Below are positions 27,489 through 39,347 of a stretch of 64,000 bases of DNA, piece after piece. This DNA comes from Paraphysomonas bandaiensis (Eukaryota > Protista > Chrysophyceae): positions 54,224 to 118,223 of the forward strand of contig CBFFRP010000532.1 in the NCBI GenBank assembly GCA_965644295.1. Reading direction: 5' to 3'. The translations under genes and the position numbers were made by a program. Under the pieces are notes generated by a model, which saw only the letters and a list, made by a program, of their open reading frames with translations, was not told the DNA's origin and made no database searches. Each line of letters begins with the position of its first letter. Position 1 is the stretch's first letter.

Positions 27489-27994
27489 GGGACTATCGGG
27501 AAAATCCTGAAATTTGGTTGGGTATGACCCACTCTTCAATTTCACTATGTTACAGTGGGTATTGCTACCTTATTAATAAGCGCATTACCTGCAGTTTCAA
27601 TTGCTGTGCTGGAAATAGATTGTGTGTATATATTAGATATGAGAAGAAAATAATGAGTAATTATTGCGCTATTGTGATAGTAGCGTTTTCAGCAGAGTAT
27701 AGAACCGATATGCGTCGTATAAATAGGCGGTTAGTTGATCATGAGTATATGTCTTGTCGTCTCACTTCTGCTCATAGTCGTAAAGTACATTATATCGTAT
27801 CAGTAGTTTGTGTCAATAAACAATTCTCAACGTACATTGTCCATATCATTTTTATGCTTCATAGTCAGCTAGAAACAAATGCTGTGATGTTGGCATCAAT
27901 TAAATTGGCTGATATAGACCCTGAAATCTCGTTTATCCGCGAAATATATCCAACTACTGTGGTATGGATGTGGTAGAAGGTAATTTAATAGGTC

Positions 27995-28505
27995 ATATAT
28001 TGAAAGTCTTATTATTAGCAATAGGCGTTCAACACCTGCACCAACTTAGTAGCTAGATGAATGCTAGACAAACTAGTTAGACCTCTACCTGTAACTAATC
28101 AGTACACACTTTTTTTATCCTACTATTTAACGCTACGGAAGCTGCTTGTGCGCCGCCGCAAGCACCAAGGTGCGACCACTTCCGCTCTGAGTTCTTAAGG
28201 TGAACATCCCGGATGCTTGACTTCAGCAGACAGCCCAATATCCCGGTTACCCTTTAGGCGGACCCTGTCCCGGATGCCCTTGAGGTGGGCCCATTTCCGG
28301 ATGCCTGCTTATTCGTCAGGGCCCAAAGACGTCTACACAAGTGACACTTATTGGTGTCCCTTGTACCACACAAGCATTCGGCTATGAGTGGGCAGAAGAA
28401 TATCTGCTGACTATGTTTGCGGCTCAAGTTAGTTTCCCAGAGAAATAACTCCGGTACTTATCCCCCAGAACACCACGAAAAGGTGTGAGTCCGACTTTGT
28501 GAGGG
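27995..28505 (-). mobile_element. Full-length copy of a ~0.5-kb non-autonomous non-LTR retroposon (SINE/SIDER-like) with 13-bp TSD
   Basis: AATTTAATAGGTC at 27982-27994 and 28506-28518; clear homology to copies at 28933, 46158, 52440 and 63773; 5' end CCCTC shared with the 52440 copy. Confidence 0.8.
28421..28505 (-). ncRNA. HDV-like self-cleaving ribozyme candidate at the retroposon 5' end (copy 1)
   Basis: CCCUCA(P1)...CUCAC(P2) ACC UUUUCGU GGU (P3/L3) ...UGGGGG AUAAGUAC-P4-GAAA CUAA C UUGAG; starts exactly at the TSD boundary; one P2 mismatch and a weaker P4. Confidence 0.6.
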
Positions 28506-28932
28506 AATTTAATAGGTCTATACTTTCATTTTTTTTCATATATTGATATGGCATTTCATTCGCTCCCACTATACCGCAACGCAATATTTTTTTATGATCA
28601 CTGGTTTGAGTATGTGTAGTTAGTTCAAAGGGAAATGCTTTAACCGCACACAGAAAGTTAAACAGCAATGCCACTTTAAATTAACTTTGCATACGTAAAT
28701 TCAACTTTCTTACTAATCTTCCGGCTCTAACAATGGGCATATTACTTAATTATGTCAGTATATGTCAGTATTCAATTGCAGGATTGAGTGACGATTTATT
28801 CAACAATAATAGTTATAATTATTTACCAAGCATCCTATTGTGTTGTTATAAACATACTAATATATCTTATATAACATTAGCCGTTGTGTTGAAACAGACA
28901 CTGTACGGATGTAATTCTTACAAGTGTGCGAA

Positions 28933-29409
28933 AAGTGAATGTCTTAATATTTGCAATAGGCGTTTCAGAGTCAGCACTTAGCTCTAATATCCTATATCCT
29001 ACTATATAAAGCTACGAAAGCTCTTTGTGCATTACCGCAAACATCAAGGCGCACTCACTTGCTCTCAAAGCAAAAGTAGTGATTAAGCAGAATGTTGATA
29101 TGCCTGACATATGCTAGCTTCAGGATTTTTGAGTTCTCAAGGTGAATATCCCGGGTGTGTAACTTCAGCAGGCAGCCCAATACCCCGGATGCTCTTGAGG
29201 TGGGCCCATTCCCGGATGCCTGTTTATTCGTCAAGGCCCAAAGATGTCCACACAAGTGATACTAATCAGTGTCCCTTGTACCACACAAGCATTAGGCTAT
29301 GAGTTGCCAGAACAATATCTTCTTTCTATATATGTGTCTCACGTTAGTTTCCCGGAGAAATATGTCCGGTACATATGCCCCAGAACACCATGTAAGGAGA
29401 GTGTTGAGG
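28933..29409 (-). mobile_element. Diverged near-full-length copy of the same retroposon
   Basis: Shares the GCTACGAAAGC...CAAGG block, CCCGGATGC motifs, ACAAG hairpin and decayed ribozyme end; possible degenerate TSD AAGTGTGCGAA (28922-28932) / AAGTATGCCTA (29410-29420). Confidence 0.75.
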
Positions 29410-29747
29410 AAGTATGCCTATTAATTGACCCCTTTTACCAATAATAATTGCATTTATAATTTTTTAAACCTATGAATTTGGCAATTCAATTAATTGTTAC
29501 ACAAGCCTGCTCAATAATGCTTATAAACTTACTACCAGAATCTATAATAGTGACAGATCTGCTGATTTTCTGAAGTTCTGTAGCCCCAAAATTAATAGAA
29601 CAACTAATCGAATAGTTAAGTGGACACTATAGGATCGAAATTAACAGTGATAATGAAGTACATATTATTATTCCAAACGTATATATATTGATGACGCAAA
29701 AAAACTAAACGTGAGTTCTCCTGGATATGAACCGTTCTAGTAGTAAG

Positions 29748-30595
29748 TTACAAGCCTCTCGAAAAATTCAAGGCATCATGTGAGTGTGAGCTGAAATCAA
29801 CATTTTCATCCCAGTAATCTTCATAGCTAGTTGTCGTCGCGGCAGCTCTATTAGGAAATTTTTTCGACGTTGTATCTTCACTCTCTTCATCCCAATAATC
29901 CTCGAACTTCTTGATGCGCTTTCGTTTTGGTACCTTTGTGCCTATTAAATGCTGCTTGTCACCTCGAGTAACATATCTTCTATATACGTAAATCGTCCCC
30001 ATAACAACCCAGGCAGCTACAACAAGACACCCCAGAACAATAAGAATAGTATCCGCGGTCGCTGAAAAAAATCTCGGGTAAGATAACTCCGCCAAAAGCT
30101 TGTTTTGTGTGGGGTTCATAGTTGGGTAGGTGGTGACAGGCGGGGGCGTGGGGCGACCCGAAGGAGCCAATGAAGGGGATTTTGTAGGAGGTGTAGATGG
30201 ACGTTTCGTCGGGCTGACTGTTGGGGTAGGCGTCGGATGACTACGGTATGTAGGTGCCACAGTAGAAGCAGGCGAGGCAGTCGGTATCATGGTTGGCAAA
30301 TCTGTCGGCTGCACATAAACAACATATATTAAAGGAGCACTACACAGCTAAATGCATCATAAGCGTGACATACCGACAGAGTTGGAAATTCAGTAGGCGC
30401 AATAGTCGCATTAACGTCATCATCGCCGTCGTCGTCGCTGATATAATAAGCTACCTCTTCAACGCCTCCTTCTAGTGTATTGTCAGGTGTGTTTCTCTGT
30501 GACATCTCAGTGTCAAGATTCATATTATGATTCCGCCCACTATTAGCTGCAGCCAGTGAGATAAAGAGCAACTGAAGCACATACGACGCTAGCAT
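29748..30595 (-). CDS. Small type I membrane protein with Pro/Thr-rich stalk (~260 aa, two exons)
   Basis: Signal peptide MLASYVLQLLFISLAAA; 65-nt GT-AG intron 30309-30373 joins PTLS|PTDL in frame; TM ILIVLGCLVVAAWVVMGTIYVY followed by RR. Confidence 0.8.
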
Positions 30596-31344
30596 TAGTA
30601 GGTATCTATATACGCTGCTGATCAGGCAATTCAACACAGCAGATTCCTAAAACTATCAGACATACACGGGATGTGATGCTTTAAAATTCCATGGCATAAA
30701 ATGCAACCTCCTCTGCCGAATGGATCAGAGTTCAGTGGGATTGCAAGCTACTGGGCGCCTCTGTGGATGGACGTACTGTACATACATGTATATATATATA
30801 CAGTATAGTCAGTGCATATATATGCATATGGTACTATATCACTGTATGCCTTCTATTCAAACACTGTATTCTACGTAGTATATTCATATATGGTAGATGA
30901 GGGATACGGAGACTACAAGTATACTGGCTGTACAGCGTGTGTGTATGGGTCAACACACAGAAAAACGCCCTCGTATTTCTATCGAAAATTTGAGGAGGGT
31001 GTCCAAAATTTCATTGTATTCCGGCCTACAGCAGTAGTTAAGTACTGCTGTATGAATGTGTGTGTATATAGCTGGCTGTACTCCATAGTTATACAGCAGG
31101 ATGTATGTGTCGAGGGGTGTGTTTGTTGTTGTTGCTGTGTACATGATTCTGATCTTAGCAGCCCATGTGCTCTGCTCTGCTCTGCTCTCTCTTGTCAGCT
31201 CAGGACACATAGAGCGAGAGGGAGCTCTATGTATATGCATACACACAGTTAAATCTGCTTAACGTGTACATATCCCTTAGGGTATCTTGCAGTATATACC
31301 AGTGACTATAATTGTCGTTTGCAAGAAGCACAATAGGCTTGATT

Positions 31345-33206
31345 ATGCGGAATATTTTGACTGGTTATCTTGTAGCAGTGGCACTGCAATGCTGCGTTGG
31401 ATTAGAGTACTACAAGAACTACGTAATGAAGCACACACCCAAAGGATATAAGAGTAATTATGAGAGAAAATTGGCATATTCATATGGCAGAGAAGGCGAT
31501 GGGTTTGGCAGAGCAGTGGACATATATGATAATGTTATGCTGGTGGGGTCGTGCTTCTCTGATGAGTCTGGTAGCCAGGCAGGTAGTGCGCATATATTCA
31601 CTCTAGAACACTCTCGTCGAGGATGGAAATATGAATCAGCTCTATGGACCAATGACACTATGGATTACGATTACTTTGGGTGGGATGTGGCGCTACACCA
31701 TAACCTCGCTGCTGTTGGAGCTTGGCAGCATGATGACGGTTTCGAGAACAATGGTGCAGTCTATTTCTTTGAAAAAATTAAATATCAAGGTAGTTCTTTC
31801 TGGAATGCTACTGCCAAGTCCGTTGGGATGCGAAACAATGCGTACTTCGGAATTAGTGTTGCATTGTCGTCAGATGGCAGTTTAGCATATGTAGGAGCAG
31901 CGGGAGCTCCAGGAGATTCAGACAATGTTGGTGCTGTGTTCGTTCTTAGTCGCTGGTCTAATTGGGACAAAGTTACTCGTCTAACACCCGCAGACGGTAG
32001 CGGCTATGATTATTACGGTATCAGTGTGGCATTAGACGATGTTTTAGGCGTTGTGGGTGCCTATGGCCACAATGCCGGAGGAGGAGACGTATCTGGTGCG
32101 GCCTACGTGTACTCAATGGAGTCTGCTGGGGGGGATGTATCACAATGGTCACTTGATGCCAAACTCACTGCGTCGGATGCTTCCGCGGACGATTTTTTTG
32201 GACGAGCAGTTGAAGTATACCAGCAGGTAATCACAGTGGGGGCAGATGGGGCGGATGACTCGGGTAGTGCATCTGGTGCGGCATACATTTTTCACCGTTA
32301 CGAAGGGGCATGGTCTCAGACACAGAAGCTTACTCCTCCAGAGGACAACGCATACGAGTTCTTTGGAGGGAGTGTGGCGATGAATGGGGACTATCTTGTG
32401 ATCGGGGCAGATGGAGACAATCACAATGATGTTCGTACAGGCACAGTGTGGGTGTACGAGCGAAAATTTAAGTGGGATGACGTAGGAGCATCTCTTCTTG
32501 GAGAATGGGAGGTGCTCATTCAGCTTTACGCCTCTGACAGAAGCGGAAGGGACCTCTACGGCTCCGATGTGGCAGTCAGTGGTAATCGCATTGTAGTAGG
32601 TGCAGAGACAGGAGACGGTTATGATTACAATTCCGGTGCTCTCTACGTCTACACACCTGTGCCAAGTGACTATGACTTGTGGTACGGAGATGATACACTT
32701 AGCGCTGGGGCAATCGTGTTGATATCCCTAGCTTGTGCGGCATTTGTGGCAGGCCTACTGTTCGTGGAATACAAAATGAAATTCCTGCAAAGATTTATTG
32801 GGAGTCAGCATTTTTTGCCGGTGGATTTTGACGAGTCTAGACGCGGTGCAGGGGTTAGTTCTGGAACTTCATAGTCACTATAGATATACGCTGCTCTTAC
32901 AGTATTTATGTAGGGAATTAGTATGGATGATTCATCCTCGTCAGGGGTGACATCTTCTCACCGCTTAGCACCTGAACTTCACGATAAGACGATTGAAGCT
33001 TCTAACGTTGACGTCCAGAACCCACTCAGTAACACACTGAGCACCACAGATGTAAGTTGTTTACTGTTGTACAACTGTTGGTTTTTGTAATTTCTTACCC
33101 ATTATTTGCTTTGATATAATTCCAATTTTGACTTATTCTATATCTGTAGTATGCTGAAGACAGTGATGACGACGTAGAGAAATCTCACTCCAAGCTGAGT
33201 CTCTGA
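31345..33206 (+). CDS. FG-GAP repeat beta-propeller (integrin-alpha-like repeats) single-pass membrane protein
   Basis: Signal peptide; seven FG-xxV...VGA...GAVY repeats; TM AIVLISLACAAFVAGLLFV; phase-0 introns 32854-32913 and 33052-33149 extend the tail to TGA at 33204-33206. Confidence 0.88.
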
Positions 33207-34058
33207 ACAATACATTGTATTGCTTCAGATTGATGCCGAGAGGTGGTAGATATGTTAGTAATAATTTACTTGGGAAAGTCGCTTTCGCGCGTTGTTAGGT
33301 AGCATGATTGTTATTGGACAAATATGGTTAATGAAATGCAACATTTCGAAATGCTCTCGGTGTATTTCTATATATTTCCAATTTGACATGCGTGAAGGCA
33401 ATTCCTATTATTACTTTTAAGTTTCGGTAGAAAAGTAGGATAGGATGCACATAATATATTGACTTTTGCTCATTTTATCACTGAGATTGTTGCAGAAAAG
33501 TTAAGTCGTCAGATTATTATTGCATACAAAATTGTGTCTTTTCGCATAAAACTCATCACCAACATCATCATAGCATTCTGATAGCAACCACTGATAAACT
33601 TTCGTCTATTGAATCGTCAGGTACTTTAGTTTCATAGTTATATAGCGATATACGATATAGTATTTTGACTACGGATTGCCGTTTTTCACATTGTATTTAG
33701 CGAATAATTCAGTTCTTTCTAGGGAAACATACGTATTCCAACATAATATCATCGGCTAAAATTTTGGAGCCGAAAGATACTTACTCTAGTAGAACGTAGA
33801 ACTAGAAATCAGGTAGCAGTTACGCATTCACAGATATACGGTGTATAATGCTAGCCGCTGTTTCGTAGAGTGACTACAAAAATTTGGTTCGAGGTTAAAT
33901 ATTTATATTTTTTGGAAAGTCTACAGAATATAGCACACTATCATATCCGTGGCGTTAACGAAACTTCGATCTTAAGTAACAAAACACGTGAAACAAATAA
34001 GTATTTAAAATATAATTTCTTTCCCTACTTCTGCAAGGTAGACCATCGCAGTCAAAGG

Positions 34059-37000
34059 CTACGCGTCATCATCACCGTCCTCATCGCCGACATCCTCAGC
34101 TTTAAACTCTGCTATGGTTGCTAATTTGTCATTGACATCCTCTAAAATGCTGACCTCTTCTTCTGACTTTTCTTCCTTCAAATCCAAGACAGCCTTGATT
34201 TCATTGTATATTGCTTCAGCCCCATCAATGTCATCTTTTTCAATGAGTAGTTCAGCCAAGGATACTGCGGTGGTTGTAGAAATTTCATCATTACGACCAA
34301 AAACCTTTCGCCTGCCTTCAAGAGCAGAGCGGAATAACTCCTCGGCCTCAGTAATTTTTTCTACATAGTTAATAAGTCATTGACAGCTACAACGGCAGAG
34401 GAATTGCATCCAGTCACACAATGTACATAACAGCACACAATCAGTCGCTTACTTGTTTCACTGAGCAAATATGCCAGGTTATACATTGTTCGTAGAGTGT
34501 CCTCGTGGTCTGAACCCAGAAATGCTTGCTGGCCCGTAAGTGCCTGTCTAAAAAAAAATTCCGCTTCTGAATGCTTCCCCGATGATTTCAAAATCACCGC
34601 GACATTATGACAGGCAGATAAAGTATTGTAATGTGAGGGCCCAAGCAGTTTCATATAACCGTCATACGCCATACGGCCATACTGGTCCGCCAAATCGTAG
34701 TTTTCAACTTGCTTATAAAATATAGCCAAGTTGTACACAGTCCCTGTAAAGGACAAATTATAACAGGCGAAATACAAATATGCAAAATACGAGAGCATAA
34801 GAACAAGTGAGTAGAAATGTACCTAACGTTTCCTCGTGACAATCTCCGAGTGACTGCAATTGACCGGCATAACTTCGTTTATAAAATACTTCCGCCTCAT
34901 TATACTTCTCCATGTCACATAACAAATTGGCCAGATTATTCATCGATAGTAGGGTATCTGGGTGATCATCACCTGCATTCAATGACGTATAGTGGTTAAA
35001 AACCCAGCGACTATATATAAAGTTCACAGCTTTCGACATATGACGAACACCCACATACCCAGCACTTCCGATTGCCCGTTCACAACTTTGATGTACATTT
35101 CTTTCGCATCACCCATTCGACCTGAGAATAGGAGTTCACAAATATACACACAAATATCACTGCTCTTATTATGTAGTGACGTCAAATACACTATAAAATT
35201 AACAGTACCTTTATCACGATAGAGATTCGCCAAGTTACCCTGTGTCTGAAACACTTTTGGGTGACGAGCACCCATCACTTTCTCTTGACCTACCACATGC
35301 GTGAAAAATGATAATAAATAATAATAAAGTTGTGTCACCACTGTATTGCAAAATAACGGTGAAACAAGACATGCATGTCGTAATGATGTTCAGAAGGACA
35401 CACAATTAAAAACTCATATAGCAAGACATACCTCGTACAGCATCTATATATAACTTCTCTGCTTCATCTAGCTTCATTTGATCGTACAAAATAAGCGCCA
35501 GATTGTTCATTGTTGTCAATACAGCAGGATGATCTACTCCAAGTATCTCTCTCTGGCATTTCAATGTCTGTAACGATAATACATTGAGTTGCATATAAAC
35601 TCCGTCAGCACAACAGCGATATATAACTGTAACGAGTGGACGTTTTACACAATACCGTGGTACTTTGCTAACTATATTACAGATAGCCCAAAATATGATT
35701 AACATTGAAGTTGTACACCTGGAAGCATTGCATCCCATATTACAATAAAAACACCAAGGTATACCTTTTGCATGAGCTCCTCTGCCTCAACTCTTCTGCC
35801 TTGATCATTTCGCACAGTAGCAAGGTTGTGCATACATTTCAGCGTTTCAGGATGATTCTCTCCCAGCGTATGGGTGTATCCTTGCAATACCTCGTTGTAC
35901 ATGCTAGCAGCCAGTCCACTTTCCCCTCTATCATTGTATATATTGGCGAGATTATTCTTTATAGCAAGGGTATCACGGTGTTCCGGACCCAATAAAGTAC
36001 TATACTCTCCAAGAATGGTCTCAAAGAGTTCCTCTGCCTCTCCACGGCGCCCTGTAGCATTTAGCAAAATGGCAAGATTATTATTGGTTGCCAACTGCCC
36101 ATCCAAGTGAATATTAGTTTCTATAGTTGTACATTCCTCTAAATGACCATGTCCTGAGGTAAGATTCCATATATAAGCCGACAAAAGTAGTGCAAAAAGA
36201 TAAAATCATGCGTCCACACAATACGAGTTTACCTATTAGTGCAAGTCGATAAAGGTGTTCCGCCTCATCATACTTGCCTATTTCTTTCATAAGACGTCCT
36301 ACTGAAGTCATGAGATGTAAATTATTAACGATTACATCCTTATCCTCGTCGTAAACACTGTCACCGTAATCTATCGCCACACGACCAGATTCAGCTAACC
36401 ACTCCCTCATCGCATCAAAAACGATCATATTCACTGCCTGAAATCCCCCTTCAGATTTACGCACGACATCGAAAATCATATCTTTATCTTTAGGATTCCA
36501 GGCTTCGCTGTCTTCTACATCTATTCGAGAGAATGCCTTCATAATGTACTCGAAGTTGGTCTTCAGAATAGTTTGAAATTTTAATCGCTCGGCATGTGAA
36601 AACTGAATAGTCAGTTGTGCAGAGGTGGTACGCGTGCAAACAATTTCCCAAAGGCACCATGCGCGCTTTAGTGGTATCGGGTCATCCCACGGACAAAGAA
36701 CGAGACAAGTGTGTCCAATTTTTCCAATTGCTGATAAAAAAGTACTGCTCCACCATTCATAAGATAGAGATGGTGCTTCCCACTGGTTATTCACACATAG
36801 ATCTATCCAAAAATAGTGCTGGGTCGAAGGGTGTGATTCTTTAAATGCAGTAAGGGCAGACATAAGCTCCGTGAAATTATACCGCCACGCATGTGAAACA
36901 AATACAGTAGGAGTGGTGCTCACAGCCTGCACACATGCATTAACACGGTTTAATAACAACTACAACAACTGCTCCAGCAGATACATATGATACTCATCAG

Positions 37001-37515
37001 CATGTTATCAACGTTGTATCACATCAGGCTTCACACAAATATACCTGACTGTAGGCAAGGGCCAGTTGTGGGTGCGGAGTACTAGTATAAGACGACTGAA
37101 ACAACTCTGCTAAAGAACAACGCCTCGACATTGTCCACGGCTTAATTACATTTTCTGAAACGTCTAGAGTGGTCCATTCACAGTTAGGATCTTTCAACTT
37201 GACGTAAGCGTGAAGGTTTTGAAGCAAGTTGTACGACACACCAAAATAAGGAAAAGGGACTGTCGACTGCGATGAATCTTTAGGTGCAGGAGTGATACTG
37301 AAGCTGACAGTCGGCGTCACGTTGATGTCTTCATAACTGCGGGAATTCCTTCGCTTGATTCCGGCCGTTCCAGGCCGACTGGGTATCTTAGCGACCATAG
37401 AGGCAGAGACTCCACTACGCGGACGTCTGCTCTCCGAGTTGTGCTCTACAACTCTATTTTCATTATCCTCTACTGGAACCACCTTACTGCTACCTACTTT
37501 TAATAGACCAAGCAT
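34059..37515 (-). CDS. HET-like domain plus kinesin-light-chain-type TPR repeat protein (multi-exon)
   Basis: FVSHAW...WIDLCVNNQW...PLKRAWCLWEI motifs, then >10 42-aa TPRs (LGxxHPxTLxxMNNLA) spread over short-intron-separated exons; exon boundaries only partly resolved. Confidence 0.85.
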
Positions 37516-38117
37516 ACTACAGAGCTGCTATGTTGATTGAATGGAAATGGAGGGTGTATATATGCTAACGATATCTCTGCTGATGCTGTTATAGTGATAT
37601 ATGAGACCCTCCCCACACTATAAACATATAAAGTGATGCAATAGAAGTGAGGTGTGGACGATAGTCATCAACACTCACATGGATATATATACTTATACAC
37701 TGCACTGCACTGCTGCTGCACTCTGCAGCTGCATCTGCTGCTGTGCTACTGTCTGCATATGGAAGCAATAGAAAAACTGTTATGGATTGTGGGTATCCAA
37801 CCATTTCCAGTTTCGTATTTTTGATTGGATTGTAGCCAATGCTAGTTCGTAGTACTGTGCAGCTGTGTATGAGGATATCTGTGTGCTGTGTAGCCTACTG
37901 CTGTATGTGTGGATCATCTGGAGATGGCAGGACCGGCCGGATGTGTATGATATGACCAGTAAACACAGAGTAGAACATGAAGTCTTCTCTATTGTATTGT
38001 GAAACACTAGTTCTCAAGCAGATATCTCTCAGGTTTTAGTATGTTGTCCGTACCTTGTGATGACAGTGACGCAAGTTCATCTCAAGGAAGGGTCGATGAG
38101 GCCTTACGCTACTTTGC

Positions 38118-38711
38118 TTGTCCAAGAAAAGGCTTGATACTATATCGGAAAACGACATCAGGAAACTCCTTTTTAAGTCGATGAAGAATGATACTCTGAC
38201 TAAGGAAATATCTGAGGCTCACGGCGAAGTACTCTTGAACTATATAAACTCCGCTCGTGTCAGTGACCCCATGGACCTCGAAACACAAATTGGAAGTAGT
38301 TTATTTCTGGCCCCACATACTGTTGCACGTGACAAATATAAATTGGAGCAATTAGGAATCACTTCTATTTTGTCAATGACTGCGGAATGTGGTCCTCAAT
38401 ATCCTAACAATTTTAACTATCATCACGAACCTCTGATTGAGCACACTTGCTCCATCGAAGATGTACTTGAGGTATTAGATAGAAGTATTGTATTTGTTCA
38501 GAGCGAATTATCTAATTCTCCTCAAAACAAAGTGCTTATTCATTGTGTTCAAGGAAAGACAAGATCTGCGTCTATAGCAACTTATTTTATAGCAACTTCT
38601 ACAGGGATATCTGTCTATGAAGCATACGATAAAATACGCCAAAGGCGAGATATTTACATTCCCGAGCAGTGGTTGGAAAAACTTGAGAGTCATTTGAATT
38701 CGAAAGGGTAG
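38118..38711 (+). CDS. Dual-specificity protein phosphatase (start uncertain)
   Basis: Catalytic VLIHCVQGKTRSA (HCxxGxxRS) motif and LGITSILS segment; first in-frame ATG at 38181. Confidence 0.85.
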   Translation: MSKKRLDTISENDIRKLLFKSMKNDTLTKEISEAHGEVLLNYINSARVSDPMDLETQIGSSLFLAPHTVARDKYKLEQLGITSILSMTAECGPQYPNNFNYHHEPLIEHTCSIEDVLEVLDRSIVFVQSELSNSPQNKVLIHCVQGKTRSASIATYFIATSTGISVYEAYDKIRQRRDIYIPEQWLEKLESHLNSKG

Positions 38712-39347
38712 TGCTGTACATAAATATCACTCGAACCCGCTGTGGACTAAAAACGTTGTTTGAGGGTAGGTGTAGCGAATTAGCAATAAGTGAAAATTAA
38801 CTAATATATCATGTCTATGCGTCCATACACAATATTTTACATTAAACAAGGTTATTGAAAGTATGGTGTAATTTGGCAAAACTATGTTTAAGACTTAGCA
38901 TTCATGCCACAACTTTCCTATCCAGTTTAAAAGAACTAACTTCCCCTAAGGAAATTCTCACCGTTTTCTGCATTCTACAAGGGAGATTGGAAAACACTAA
39001 CAACTAAAGGAAAACATAACTCGAGCTTTACTGCCGTACTTTATACTTCACAACGGAGTAGCGATAAACTAAATGAACAACAGACACGAATTCCCCTAAC
39101 ATACGCTCATGACTCATGGTATATGTCGTATGTAGCAGCTATTCATAGGCGCAAAATCGCAATTGAGAGACAGAATTGTTGTATTGCATAGAAGCGCATT
39201 GGCTTATATTATATTCTAAAAGATGTATATAAGTGTATATATTTGTACCAGACAGGCCAGTGCCACTCTGGTACTGCTGATGTAAATGCTTGCTATTTTT
39301 AAAAAAACGTGTCAATGTATCATAATGTCAAGAAAACAAAATGGAAT

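Noticed and set aside
27518-27976. 152-aa ORF after the giant gene
   Set aside because: TTG start, AT-rich, no motifs; likely 3'UTR/intergenic
28285-28326. Hammerhead-like CUGACGA...GAAA on the minus strand of retroposon copy 1
   Set aside because: No stem II pairing, and the core is not conserved in copies 2 and 3 (UUGACGA, GGAA)
27995-28505. Fanzor/TnpB omegaRNA, MITE or Helitron interpretation of the dispersed repeat
   Set aside because: No TIRs, nuclease or CTAG-hairpin end; the 13-bp TSD, one-sided truncation and micro-repeat tail fit a non-LTR retroposon better
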